Notes under the pieces: model-generated
What the model was told of the DNA's origin: nothing
Databases searched by the model: none
Seen by the model: the letters and a program-made list of their open reading frames with translations, nothing else
Assembly (NCBI RefSeq): GCF_001194135.2
Contig: NC_068981.1
Location: 35,357,849-35,420,923, forward strand
Direction: 5' to 3'
Length of the DNA stretch: 63,075 nucleotides
From: Octopus bimaculoides
Taxonomy: Eukaryota
Made by a program: the position numbers and the translations under genes
In this document: piece by piece, positions 38,065-50,979 of the stretch
Layout: every line of letters begins with the position of its first letter
How positions within the stretch are numbered: the stretch's first letter is position 1

Positions 38065-38230
38065 TGACAACCTGTGTCGGTGTGTTTACGTCCCCGTGAC
38101 TTAGCGGTTCGGCAAACGTGACAGAATAAGTGCCAGGCTTAAAGAAAGGAAAAAAGTACTGGAGTTGATTCGTTAGACTAATAGTTTTTCAAGGCATGGC
38201 CGCAGTCTAATAACTGAAGCGAATAAAAGA
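37590..38230 (+). mobile_element. SINE family B copy interrupted by a mini-MITE and other sequence
   Basis: 5' half at 37590-37712, 3' half at 38065-38230. Confidence 0.7.
37719..37795. mobile_element. 77-bp mini-MITE with 24-bp TIRs and internal TTAGGG
   Basis: GCGAAGGTAAAGAATACGCATACC vs reverse complement of GGTGTGCGTATTCTTTACCTCCGC (22/24); internal GTTTAGGGTTAGG. Confidence 0.7.
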
Positions 38231-38629
38231 TTTATATACACACGAGAGTAGATGGATAAACGAAAGAAAGTAGCACTCAGCACATTTACTTGCTGGCATG
38301 GAAGGCGGACGTTAAACGATGATGATGATGATTGACACGACTCCAGTATCACATCAAATTTTGTAGGCGCAGATACGTGTCTCCACCATCGCATGTACAG
38401 AGTGTATGTGCTGCAAATGTAAAACAATATCAGGTGCACTTCTTTACTCTTCAGCTCTTCAAAGCTGCCTTTGATGCGATCCTATTGAAGATCGTGACAG
38501 CAATAAGTGTAGGCCCTCAACTTAAGTGCCATCATCTGAATAAACAAATATTTTCACTCTACATTATGTTATTGAGTACTTGACTTTAAATGGGGGATTT
38601 TCCATTTTATATATGTTTGTGCGCATATA

Positions 38630-39030
38630 CTCTTTACTCTTTTACTTGTTTCAGTCATTTGACTGTGGCCATGCTGGAGCACCGCCTTTAGTTGAGCAAA
38701 TCGACCCCAGGACTTATTAATTTTAAGCCTAGTACTTATTCTATCAGTCTCTTTTGCCGAACCGCTAAGTTAGGTGGGGGTGTAAACACACCAGCATCGG
38801 TTGTCAAGTGATGTTGGGTGAACGAACACAGACACACAAACATACACACACACACACACATGCATATATGTATATATATATGACGGGCTTCTTTCAGTTT
38901 CTGTGTACCAAATCCACTTACAAGGCTTTGGTCGGCCCGAGGCTATAGTAGAAGATACTTCCCCAAGGTGCTACGCAGTGGGACTGAACACTGAACGATG
39001 TGGTTAGTAAGCAAGCAACTTACCACACAG
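38630..39030 (-). mobile_element. SINE family B full-length copy
   Basis: Near-consensus with internal (CA)n/(TA)n. Confidence 0.9.
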
Positions 39031-39699
39031 TCACATATGTATATGTTTGTACATATGCATATATATGTGTGTGTGTGTGTGTATGTATAATGTGTATATG
39101 CTTATATATATGTATATATACACACACACACACGCATATGCATTGCCAGACTTTTTTCAGTTTCTCTCTGTCAAATTCACTTGAAAAGTTTTGGTTTGCT
39201 GGGGCTGTAGCTGAAGACACTTGCCCAAAGTACCACACAGTTGGACTGAACTCCAAAACATGTAGCAAGGTAGCGAATCTTTTAGTCACACAGCAATGTA
39301 TGTCTATGCACACGTGTGTTATTGTATATCCTTTCCTAATTCAAACATGTAAATGATGTAAACTTCATTGAAAACCAGTGCTCTTCAAATCAAGTTCTTT
39401 GTGAAGAGAAAGTTACAGACACCGCCTTGTCGCTTTTGCCATCCAAGATGTAGTTAACAATGTTGCTATTATTCTTAAATTGTAATATAAATAAATAAAT
39501 ATATGATAAGATGTCAATGGAACCCATATATTGGTAACATTGCTTGGAGGTTTTCATTCTTGACATAATTTTAACCGATATATACTCCTGGTTGTGTTGC
39601 TCCTACTTGTTTTGACATGAACCCGCCAGGAAGCATCTGACTGAGCATACGAAATGTTCAGTAGGTAGCTGACAGTTGCATACTGTCCTCCTCTTCCAG

Positions 39700-41170
39700 A
39701 TTGTGAAAGCTTACCATAACATTTAAATACAATGAAATATTAAGACTTCATGTTTTTATGGGTTAAGGCTTTGCTGATGTTAAGGCTAACAGTTTTCCTT
39801 TCATGGGTGTTCTCAAAGGAAGGAGACCACTGGTGAATGTGTCACACATCAGGAAGCAAGTAGATTCAGCTTTATGGAAACTGTACTTATAGCCATGAAA
39901 ACTAGAGAGGGTTTTGAGATACTGGAAGTGAAAATGATAAGTCTGTTTTTGGCAGGGTCTTTAAAATGGGAATACTGTAACTTATTTCCATAAAATGGAA
40001 TAGATCCCTGTTAAGAAAAGTTGAAAAGTTTGGTAAGTATAGGAATGCACTGTTTAAAGCTAACAGGGAAAACACTACCAGGATTAGTTGTTTCATTGCG
40101 TTGTATTGAATAAAGTTTTAAACCTTGTCACTGAACTTTGTGCAAGTAGTGGGGAGATAGATGGAGAAAAGTAGACTGAAATGAGTTTCGTTGTTGTGTG
40201 AATTTTGCACTGTAGAATTAGAAGCAAAATAGCAAAAAGTATTTTTTTTCAGCAGAAATGCAATACATACATGTTTGTTTAGGAGGAGTAGATATTTGGT
40301 GGGTTCTGTAAATTTTGCATAGACACTCTTGGTGCAGCACTTGAATGCCTGGTTCCAATTTGAGAGGTGCGAGAGCTTGTGGGGCATGCAATAATTGAAT
40401 ACTTTCTTTGACTCTCTTTATAATTGTCTTGAAGTAATTAGTAATGGCTGTCTTTCTCAAGGTTTTATGAAAAATTTTCCTTGTAATTGTGTTACTACAA
40501 ACCAGCTAAGTATGAACCACTTGGAAGTTTATAAGTTTTGAGTTTTAGTTAGGTGTGGAGTGCCAGTACCTAAGAGGATGGAGGTTTCAATTTGTTGGTC
40601 AGGACAAGATACAGGTAAGGATGCTAACTTGTGCAGATAGTTCAGAATAGCAAATGATTTTTACCTCTTCTAGTTATCAAGGTGTGGGAGGAGAAGAATT
40701 GTATGCATTGACAAAACTGAGATTTGCTAGAATAGGAGTCAAATCTTAAAAATCACACTGTCACTTTAAAGGACATTGGATAATGTGCTTATAGAAGCAT
40801 TATTCTTGAAAAGAAGATGGGATTGCCTTTGATTAGGTTTGCTTGATCATGGTACAATAACAACAAAATCAGAGAAAGAGTGTGTTGAATAGCTGCTGGT
40901 GGGTGGTGTTTGGAATGTTGTAGTGAAAGCTGATTAATTCAGAGGAAGAGTTTTTGAACCAGGGTAACTAGAAGTCTTTGTTGCTGATATCCCAGGTGTG
41001 AGAGATGAATGGTAGAGAGGTAGGACAAACACATATGCACGCATGCGCACACACCCTACCTTTTTCAGGTATAACTTAGACAACAAGGATGGGTTAGAGA
41101 TAGATGATGAAAAATTTGTACCCATGAGAGGAATACATGGCTTAAATTGCATCAGTGTTGAACAGAAGAA
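39700..41170 (-). pseudogene. Highly degraded CR1/L2/Jockey-type LINE ORF2 remnant
   Basis: Minus-strand fragments: GCVRMRAYV (APE GGVCAYV-like), KQCIPILTKLFNFS..(RT domain 0/1-like), VSLNISKA (ALDISKAFD-like); many stops and shifts. Confidence 0.55.
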
Positions 41171-43304
41171 GAGAAATTGTTCAACAAACTTAACATTTCT
41201 TTTCTAATTGACCTTTTATTGTTAGTTTTCCTGAGTATATTTTGGTTGGAACATATAGAAGAAACCATGGCTAATGTGTTGTCACACATCACTATGTTTA
41301 ATAAGCACAACTGGAGGTTAGTGAGTTTAGGTGCACCTTTTGAAAACCTATGCTCACTAAGACACCTATTATATACTAGAAAAGAAGAGTATAAAGGATT
41401 TTATTTCAGTTAAAAGAGCATCTTCTTTACCAATCATCCACGATTCTATCTATTTGGGCCACTATTCTATCTGTGAGAGCTCCTCCACTGAAGAAACCAT
41501 TTCCATTTGTATTCCCTGACAATGGTACTATGTAAGGAAAGATGTTTAGCTCCAAGTTATCCCTGATCAAACAGATTTGTGATCAAAGGCATTCGGACTG
41601 ATCATCTGTTTTCTTTTTCAGACATTGTATACCTCGGCCTATATTATGCATTGTGACCCTTATTATTTGACAGAGAATACACTGTTATTTTTAGCAGATC
41701 ATGTAACTGTATACATACACTAGACATTTCCTTGTTGGCTCTCAAGGAAAGTTCAAGTCAAAAATTACATTAAGGGCTGCTAAATTGGTGGTGGTTTTTT
41801 TCTTCCATTCTCTCGTTTTTATTGTGGTAGTAACATTCACACACACACACACACAAACAAACAAAGCTATGATATACCTCAGAATAAACCTGTATTGCAT
41901 GCTACACAGGGCAATTGTAAATGACTGTAGGTAGAAAAAGGGGGATCAGTTGAACTAGTTTCAGTTATTGTTGTGATTTCATTGTCAGTTATTGTACCCT
42001 TCTTTACATCCACAGTAATACTGTATTTATAGCTACTACTGTTTGCAACTATATTAAATAGGGTACACTGATTTACTTAATTGATTCACATGTTCATTGT
42101 GGTTAGTTCAAGTATCTAAATTACTGACATGTTAATGTTTGTTTTGAAGCAATGATATATCACAGGATAAACCTATAGATTTAAAGCCAGTTCTGCAAGT
42201 GTAACTTGATAAAAAATAATGAAATACACTGAACTGTTGTAAATATGACAGTTGTCTACGACTGTCCTGTGTGTCTAATTCCCTTTAAGTAACTTACACT
42301 TGGTATATAGAATAGCTTAAAAAACAGATGTTACTAATGCATCACTAATATATATGTATGTGTATATGGAAAGAGGGAGAAGTGTAAGTGTGTGAGAAGG
42401 GGAATCGATAAAGAGAATCAAATGATAGTTATATAAGAAAAATTAGACTGAGGATGGGGCAACACAAGCAATTCTGTAAACTAGATGTGGCTGAGGTGGG
42501 TTCCAGTGGTCCATCATAATCTTTCATTATACACTTATTTACATTGAGGATGCAGCTATAAGAATATTAAATAGATCCTAGTACTTTATTTTACTGACCT
42601 GGAAAGATGGAACAGAAAGTTGACCTTGGTCAAGAGCCAATGCAAGTATTTTTCTCTTTCTCTAATAATTCTGTAGCTTCACCACCCATAAGTTTAGTTG
42701 GTCGGTTCATTGTACATAAGAACATGTTAACATAAAGTGTCTGACTATTAAACCTTGAAAAAATGAATTGAGTTGTGAGGAAGGGGAGGGGGACAAGCTT
42801 TATCATGTATATTTTTTTTTTAGCAAGAAATCAATCATTAAGCTTAAATTAGATACAAATGGGAGGTGAACCAAAAAGATATGAAAGGTTTTTGGATGTG
42901 TGGAATAAAAGTTGAAAACATTAAAAATGGTTTTTAAGTTATGTACTGTAAAAGTGAATTGAAGAAAAAAAAAAGCTAGTTTAAGATTTGCATAATAAAT
43001 GAATTGTTAGTTAATAGATTCATCATGTTTTAGTTGGTTAGCTATTGTATGTGTCTCATATGTGCATTTTCCAGTTGAGTGAATTTCTGTATATTTTTGT
43101 GAGAGCAAATAAGTCTTTCAAATTGATTTTGCTTAGTTACATTGTTACAAGAAAATTTTATTATATTTGGAATTATTAAAGCTTTTATTTTCTCATGTTC
43201 TGGTTATTCACACTTGTAAATGCTTGTTCTGACATTTTTTTTTAGATACAATTAGCCAAAGGTGAGGTGTGGTGTAGAGATATCTACTTACTTAAGCTCT
43301 TTAC

Positions 43305-43568
43305 AGTTCTATATTTAAGAGATGAGGAATTATGTACGTTATTTACATTTGATGGATAGTTGTCCTCATCTTGTTTGTTGTTAACACAATGTTTCGGCTG
43401 ATATACCCTCCAGCTTTCATCAGGTGTCTTGGGGAAATTTCTAACCTGGGTTCTCATTCCTGAGGTATTTTTCAATGTTATTATTATTATTATTATTCAG
43501 GTCACTGCCTGGAATCGAAGTCGGAATCTTGGGGTTAGTAGCCTGCGCTCTTAACCACTACGCCATAT
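43305..43568 (-). mobile_element. tRNA-headed SINE carrying a hammerhead ribozyme, flanked by a 9-bp TSD
   Basis: A-box TGGCGTAGTGG (43565-43555), B-box CTTCGATTCC (43520-43511), (AAT)n, hammerhead 43428-43383; direct repeat GCTCTTTAC at 43296-43304 and 43569-43577. Confidence 0.8.
43383..43428 (-). ncRNA. Minimal type-I hammerhead (slightly decayed)
   Basis: GACAC-CTGATGA-A-AGCTG(GAGGGTATAT)CAGCC-GAAA-CATT-GTGTT; two G>A transitions relative to an ideal fold. Confidence 0.7.
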
Positions 43569-43570
43569 GC

Positions 43571-44020
43571 TCTTTACTTCCAATGGAGCTGTGACTCTCA
43601 ACGTCTTTTCTCCATTGTTCTCAATGCTGGGCTATCTTTTCTGCTTCTCTCCAATTTGACCTTGCATTTTCAGCTCTACCTCAGTATCCCACCTTTAGTT
43701 ATTCTTAGAGCACCCTCATTTTTCACCTCCCTTTTGGGTACCAGGCCAGCGTCTGACTTGTAAATGCAGGATGTTGGTTTCCTAAAGGCATTGTCTGTCC
43801 ATCCTCTCCCTGGTTTTGTTGGTTTTGAATTGTCACTGATGCTTCTGTAACTTTGCTTTTTTTTTCTTGGTAGGGGTGTTGGCTCTACACCAACCTATTT
43901 TCACCTTTGGTATCTAACCTCTGACCTGTTCAGCATGGGAGGCCCTATTAGGAGTGTGCACATAACTGGCACAGCTCTCAGGGTTATTGAGATACACAAG
44001 CCACCACATAACAACAAGGA
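43571..44020 (-). mobile_element. Bipartite non-autonomous RTE-derived element (5' UTR-like domain + ORF 3' end)
   Basis: CCTTGTTG..GGTGGCTTG..CTCAATAACCCTGAGAGCTGTGCC..AGGG..CCCATGC..ACAGGTC joined to ..WREAEKIAQH*EQWRK..CS-like end. Confidence 0.55.
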
Positions 44021-45233
44021 CAGATGTCTATGAGTGGAGAGATATCTGTTGCCAGATTTTAGCCTTGTCTTTGAGCATTCCTTCTAGTTTATTTCTGTCT
44101 GTATTGATAGCTATTCCAAAATATGGTATATTGACCATATCTTATCCCTTACTTCTGGGATTTTGTAATTGTTGTTGTTTAACACTGGGTCAGCCATGGT
44201 TGAGTAAACCTATGGTCAAAAGAATTCTGGTTATCACCAACCATTCCATCTTAGGCATTGTTTATCTAATACTGTACATTTCAGCATAGGATTATGAGGT
44301 GTGATTTAAAGGAAATTTGATGCTTCTTCTAGTAGGACAGACTTTACACAGAGGTTCTCTTGTTAGTTTGTGGATCTTGCAATACCTTTCATAGGATGTG
44401 GCCGTATTGATTTGGTCAAAGTTAGACAGCCATATGTGATATCCTTTATTATTTGATCATACTCTATATATTACGTAGAATTTCTGGTTACTGTTAAAGT
44501 GTATCATATTGTTTGTGCTTAGTCCTTGGTCTGTACCTAATTTTGGGGAGATGAGCATGGCTTGTCAAAGCAAGGACAACTTGATATTTACTTGACTGAA
44601 GATTTTTATTTATTATCTTTTTTCCATTTACATTTGAATGAGAAGTTGGATGTTGGTTGAAATGTCTAGCTCAAGTATTATTTCTGTTGGAACAACTTAA
44701 TAAGAATGCTTTGTAGTATTTCTTCTGGTTCTTCATCTTCCGTTTCAAATCCTGTGATGGTTAACTATGCTTTCATTGTTTTGTGGGTTGATAAAATATA
44801 GCACCAGTCAAGTACTAGGACTTATGCAATTCACTATATCCTTCTGAAAAGTGCTGGCTTTCTGTCTAAATTAGAAACAATAATTATTGGGATAGTCAGT
44901 GAATAGCAGGCATAGTAAATATCTGGACTAACATTCTGAGTTCAAATTGTATCAAGGTTGACTTTACCTTCCTTTTGGGATTGATAAAATAAGTGCTAGT
45001 TGAACACTGGGGTTGATGTAATCAAATAGTCCACTGCTCCCAAATTTCAGACCCTGTGTCTATAGGAGAAAGGATTATTTAGTTGTCTCTTAGCTGTTCA
45101 AATCTGTTTGTGCTCATAAAAGTAAATACCAGTCAATTACTGGGGTTCACTTTCATCAGCTGTCTTCCCTCTTGTCTTTTGTCTTTTCGTTTTGTTTAGG
45201 GTTTCTATTTTTACTGTTCCCTATGGCTGTCTG

Positions 45234-45586
45234 TGAAAGTATAAGGCTCAGTGGTTAGAGCGTCAGGCTCATAATCATGAGATAGTGAGTTCGATTCTTG
45301 GACTGGGCTGTGTGTTGTGTTCTTGAAAAAGATACTTTATTTCATGTTGCTCCAGTCCACTCAGCTGTAGAAATGACTTGCAACATCACTGGTGCCAAGT
45401 TGTATTGGCTTTTGCCTTTCCCTTGGATCACATCGGTGGTGTGGAGATGGGAGGCTGGTATGCATATGTGGAGATGGACTACTGGTCTTCCATAAAACAA
45501 CCATGCCTGGACTTGTGCCTCAGAGAGGAGCTTTCTAGGTGCGATCCCATGGTCATTTGTGACTGAAGGGGGTCTTTACCCTTTTA
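45234..45586 (+). mobile_element. tRNA-derived SINE (family E) with degenerate 13-bp TSD
   Basis: GGCTCAGTGGTTAGAGCG..GAGTTCGATTC head; TSD CTATGGCTGTCTG (45221) / CTATGGTTATCTG (45587). Confidence 0.75.
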
Positions 45587-45989
45587 CTATGGTTATCTGC
45601 CTTTTTTTCTTGATCATTGTAAAATAATAGGTTGGAGCTGCTGCTCAGAGACTCTGGTTGCCCCTGCCCTGGTGAAAAACACCACCCAGCTTCTTGGTGC
45701 CCTACATTGTTGTCAGCCTCTGAGGCCATTAGCATGAAGACAGGGCAATTTCTTCTTTTCTGGTTATCATTGGAGCTGCAACAGGTGGTGCTATGCTGCA
45801 GTAATCATAGTCTTCATTCAGGACCTTGTATCTGCTTCAGTCTGACACAGTCTCCTTCTTTTTTTCTTATGCTTTTCCTTCTCTAGGCTGAAGGCTCTCT
45901 AGTAGCTGCTACTGTCATATACATAGCAACTGGGACTTTACCATGTGCCAACCATTTGATTAATTTCCATAGTAATATGGTCAAGTGCC

Positions 45990-46320
45990 TGCTACTATAG
46001 CCTTGAGCTGACCAAAGCCTTGAGCTGACCAAAGCCTTGAGTGGATTTGCTAGACAGAAACTGAAAGAAGCCCGTCACATATATATATATTTATGTGCGT
46101 GTGTTTTTGTGTCTGTGTTTGTCCCCTCACCAACGTTTGACAACTGATGTTGGTCTGTTTATGTCCCTGTAGCTTAGCAGTTCAGCAAAAGAGACCAATA
46201 TAATAAGTACTAGGCTTACAAAGAATAAGTCCTGGCATTGATTTCTTCGACTAAAAGACCCTTTAAGGTGGTGCTCCAGCATGGCTGCAGTAAAATAACT
46301 GAAACAAGTAAAAGAATAAA
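45990..46320 (+). mobile_element. SINE family B copy with 17-bp internal tandem duplication
   Basis: GCCTTGAGCTGACCAAA x2 at ~46000; family B body. Confidence 0.8.
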
Positions 46321-46974
46321 AGAATACAAATGAAAACTTTGTTTTATTTAATTTTATTTTAAGGTAATAAATATTTTTCTTTTGGAAATTAGTTTTTGTT
46401 TCATCATTTTTGTATAAGCACCAAGCAATTTGATAGAAGTTAAATCATAATTATATATGTATGCCATATTTCCTAATATTACCTAAGGTGGTAAAAGTAT
46501 ACATCTGAAGTTACCTGTCATATTACGAGCAACATTCTAACAGTAGTAATAATAATGATTTCTTTATTTGCCGCAAAGGCAACACAAATACAAGACATTT
46601 AAATACATTTACAAGTTCAAGATATTTGGAGGCATACATATTTTATCAATATGCTATCCACAAAGGTAGAAATTTGGGAGGGGTGTAGTCAGTTTAATTG
46701 ATTCTAATATTTCAATGGTACACAATTTATTAATGCTGTAATGTTGAAAGGCAAAATTAAACTAGATGATATGTGAAGGAACGTAGCATAATAAGCATTT
46801 TGTCCAGTGTTTGTTCTGTTGATTTTTGCCTTTGCATAATATCTGAATTTAGTTCTTGTTTATACATTTTTGGTGGAGGAGCAATGCTGTCTTAACTGTG
46901 TAGCATTCAGACTATCCTGTCAAACATAATGCTCATTAATTCACATTGTTTTGAAATAATTATGCACTATATAG

Positions 46975-47330
46975 GTGCAGAAATGGCTGTGTAGTAAGAA
47001 GTTTGCTTCCCATCCACATAGTTCTGGGTTCAGTCCCACTGCATGACACTCTGGAGCAAGTGTTTTCTCTCACCTTGGGTTGATCAAAGCCTTGTGGGTT
47101 GATTTGGTAGATAGAAACTGAAAGAAGTTTCTATGTATGTATGTGTGTATCTGTTTGTCTCCCATCACTGTTTGACAACCATGTTGATGTATTTACATCC
47201 CCTAACTTAGTGGTTCCCTAAAAAAGATCAATAGAATAAGTACAGGCTTAAAAAAAAGTACTGGAGCCAATTCATTTGACTAAAATTTCCTCAAGGCAGT
47301 GTCCCAGCATGGCTGCAGTCTAATGACTAG
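46975..47330 (+). mobile_element. SINE family B copy
   Basis: tRNA head ATGGCTGTGTAGTAAG..GGGTTCAGTCCCACTG and body. Confidence 0.8.
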
Positions 47331-47849
47331 GACATGTAAAAGATAAAGATGGCATCAAGATGTTGATGATGTGATTGTTTATTTTTAAAAATGACATTGT
47401 GGAGTAGGTGTGAGAGGCTAGATCTGGAGAGACCTGAGCATAAAACAGGTAGAATATTTGGGCTGGATGTGGCTGGTTTAAATACTAAAGGGTTAAAGGC
47501 AGTTGCTAGACCAATGGGTCTAGGGGTCACAATGTTAATCTGTGTATGTAGGGGACCTCACTCCATTGTTTTGCCCTGGTGGTCTGTAATGCTATTAAGA
47601 CAGCATTGGGAGGGTTTTAATTAATGTAATCAGTCACAGATTAGTACTTGTTAAGTGAGTTTATTTGGATGAGAATTCAAGTTCATCTCCAAGTAAGTTT
47701 ACCGATAATGTCTATCTTTTTCAAATTGATCTACTCTAGAGACATTATTATTGGGAAGGGAAGAGATAGTCATGTGAATTGACTTCTAGTATATAACTGG
47801 TTCTTATCTTATCAACCATAAAAGACTTAGAAGCAGTCTCCTCTACCCA

Positions 47850-48250
47850 GGGCATCATCATCATTTAACATCTACTTTCCATACTGGCATGGGTTAGATG
47901 GTTTGACTGGAACTAGTAAGCTGGAGAACTGCACTGAGTTCCAGTCTGATTTGGCATAGTTTGTATGGCTGGATGCCCTTCCTAATTCCAACCATGCCAA
48001 GTGGGTAATAGGTGCTTTTATGTGCCATTGGCATGGGTGCTTTCATGTGCCACTGGTGCAGGTGCCCCACTGGCATGGATGCCAGTTATGTGACATTGAC
48101 ATCATCCGTGACTACATTTTCATTTGGGTTCATGAATCTTCTCAAGCACAGCATATCGCCAAAGGTCTCGGTCACTTGTCATCACCTCCACTTCACCACT
48201 TCATCTCGTGTCTTCCTCGGTCTGTCTACGTCTGCCACAGGTTCCCTCCA
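47850..48250 (-). mobile_element. RTE LINE 3' end (ORF tail + 3' UTR)
   Basis: TVEGTCGR..MTSDRDLWRYAVLEK followed by the GGCATCCAGCC 3' UTR and (GAT)n tail. Confidence 0.8.
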
Positions 48251-48279
48251 CAGTCAATATAACATAATATTAACAATCC

Positions 48280-48670
48280 TTTTTACTATAGGCATAAGGC
48301 CTGAAATTTTGGAGTTGCTCAACTGGTACTTCCGTTATCAAGCCTGAACGAACAAAAGGCAAAGTTGACTTTAGTGGAATTTGAACTTAAATGTAAAGTT
48401 AGAAGAAATGCTGTTAAGCATTTTGTATGGTGTGCCAATGATTCTGCTAGTTCACCGCCAATGGTTTCTAATTTTGGTGCAAGGCCAGTAATTTCAGGGG
48501 AGGGGCTAATTCGATTACATTGACTCCAATGTTTAACTGGTACTTATTTTATCTACCCCAAAAGGATGAATGGCAAAGCTAACCTTGGAATTTGAGCTCA
48601 GAACATAAAGATGGACAAAATGTCACTAAGCATTTTCCCTGTGCTAATGATTCTGTCAGCTTGCCTTAAT
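48280..48670 (-). mobile_element. Two tandem SINE family A copies (CpG-decayed)
   Basis: Two bodies, CpG>TpG/CpA throughout. Confidence 0.75.
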
Positions 48671-48699
48671 AATGATAATAATAATAATAATAATAATAA

Positions 48700-49250
48700 A
48701 TGCAGTACCAGACAGTGGCTCTCATGGCTTCTCATCTTAACTGATTGGAAGTGTTATCATGTACATAGTTTTGTCTTGGTATAAAAGATGGGCTACAACA
48801 AATATTCTGCTTAATACCACAGATTTGCTTGTCAGTTGCTTGACCATAACCAGTTGAGCATGTCTTTACTGGTTGACGATATGTGCATATCTGATCATGA
48901 GCAGAAATAGTGGGGGAGCATCATAGCCATGTGTTGAGAGGAATTCTTTGAGGTTTGGATAATTCACCTTTAGAAACATGGGTGTTTTGTTCAACATCCT
49001 TAAACAACCCTTATTCAAGGACCTTTTGAGTGGGATGGGCTACTCAACCCGAAGAAAATTCTAACTGGGCCCCACCTACAAGGTCATGCACTGTTTATCT
49101 TGACATGCGATCACTGTTGCACACATATGGTTGTGATGCATGTGCCTAGTGTGCTCTTATCAGATGGGTGGTCATGATGGGTATACTGGGCTTTGTATAT
49201 TTTACCCCAGTGTCACTTTGATGGTATGCACTGCTCTCTCACTCAATAAT
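48700..49250 (+). mobile_element. ~550-bp non-coding interspersed retroelement with (AAT)n tail
   Basis: Bounded by (AAT)n on both sides; GC-richer than its flanks; family identity from recollection only. Confidence 0.5.
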
Positions 49251-49259
49251 AATAATAGT

Positions 49260-49477
49260 GATAATAGTTTCAAATTTTGCCACAAAGGTAGCTTTTTTGG
49301 GGAGGAAGGGCAAGTCGATTACATTGACCCAGTATTCAACTGGTACTTAATTTATCAACCCTGAAAGGATGAAAGGCAAAGTCGACCTCGGTGGAATTTG
49401 AACCCAGAACATAGCGACGGATGAAATACTGTTAAGCATTTCATCCAGCATTCTAATGATTCTGCCAGCTTGCTGTC

Positions 49478-49512
<35 letters not shown>

Positions 49513-50090
49513 TTCCAGTTTAGGTACAAGGTCAGTAGTTTTGAGAGGAAAGGGTTATTCCAGAATTCTCAATACTTGACTGATACTTTATTTTATTGAC
49601 TCTGGAAAGATGAAAGGCAAAATTGGTCTTTGTGAATTGGGTTCAGAATATAGAATGATGCAACTGAATTCTGCAAAATCTTCATTTCAGTACTCTTCTA
49701 TGTCTGCTATCTATTGACTGTCCTAATAATAATCATTTGTAATTTAGGTATAAAGCCAGCAGTTTTGAGGGGTGGTGGGTGCTACTCTATATCATTGATC
49801 CCAGTACTTGACTGGTATTTTATTTTATTGACTTTGAAAGGATGAAAAGGCATAGTTGATCTTGGTAGGATTTGAGCTCAGAGCTCTAATAGTACCAGGC
49901 AGTTCTCTGATTTTAGTCACAAGGCCTGAAATTTGACGGTAAGGAATAGTTAAATGGTATTTACTCTAGTAATTACATCACCTCCAAGAATAAAAACAAA
50001 GCAACAAAGATGAGGTTTGAACTCGGAATGTTGAGAATGCTCTAAAACACTTTGTCTGATACCTTATGGATTCTGCCAATCCACTATATT
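49260..50090 (-). mobile_element. Array of four SINE family A copies
   Basis: Bodies at ~49260, ~49510, ~49740, ~49900 with increasing decay. Confidence 0.7.
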
Positions 50091-50979
50091 AATGATATGC
50101 ACATTATTTAGGGGGTCAGGATTGAAAAATAAAACAAAGGAAATTATTTGTTTCTAGTCTAGATGGAACGCTACTTTTGTTTTGTTTTCTTGCATTTCAT
50201 TAGCCCATGAAGTAGATAGATAGATAGATAGATAGATAGATTGAGAGAGAGAGAGAAGCATTGGGACAAGTGTGTGTATATTTGTATGTGTCTGTGTTTT
50301 CTCTATTGCTTTTAGATAAACACAGCTGTATTTTTTTGTGAGAGGGAGAAGGGTGCAGCTTGACAAGTTCAGAAAGGTTTGTGTGTGTACGGGTGTGTGT
50401 AGTAGTAGTAATAGTAGTAGTAGTAGTGGTAGTTGTTGTTGGATAAATGAATGGATTTTGGATGAAGTGGAGAGAAATAGGATAGAGAAAATCAGTGGGG
50501 TGTTAGGAAGTGAGGTGTGGCTGGGTAAGGGTGGATGGAATAAGGTTTGGTGGCTGCTGCCTCTGTTGGGAGGTTGCTTGCGTCTGAATATGTGCATGTG
50601 TGTGTACATGCATGCATGTATGTGTGTGTGTGTGTGTGTACGCATGCTGTGTGAAGGAAGAGGCCAAGGAATAGAGTAGAATGAGGTGGGTGGTGAGTGG
50701 AAGAAAACTGCAAGATTAATTACATGCCCAACCCACCCATGCAGCGCACATGTATGCGTGTTTGTATGTATGTATGTGTGTGTGTGTGCATACTCTTCTC
50801 TCACTTTCTCTTATCATCCACCCCCACTGAATTACTCAGATTTCTTCTCCCTCTTTTATACTACCTTCTCACCTTCAACTACCCACCCACCTGCCACCAC
50901 TCTTGTCTTCATGCAACCCCAAACTGCACCACTGTCTGTCATAGGATGAGAACCGAAATGCTGCAGAATTGTGTGTCAT

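Noticed and set aside
39636-39665. CTGACTGAG-CATA-CGAAA hammerhead-like word
   Set aside because: 1-bp stem II and no stem I; lies next to LINE debris
45632-45886. GC-richer 84-aa ORF with a possible acceptor
   Set aside because: Start is a TTG, no recognisable domain or good donor, stops in the other frames
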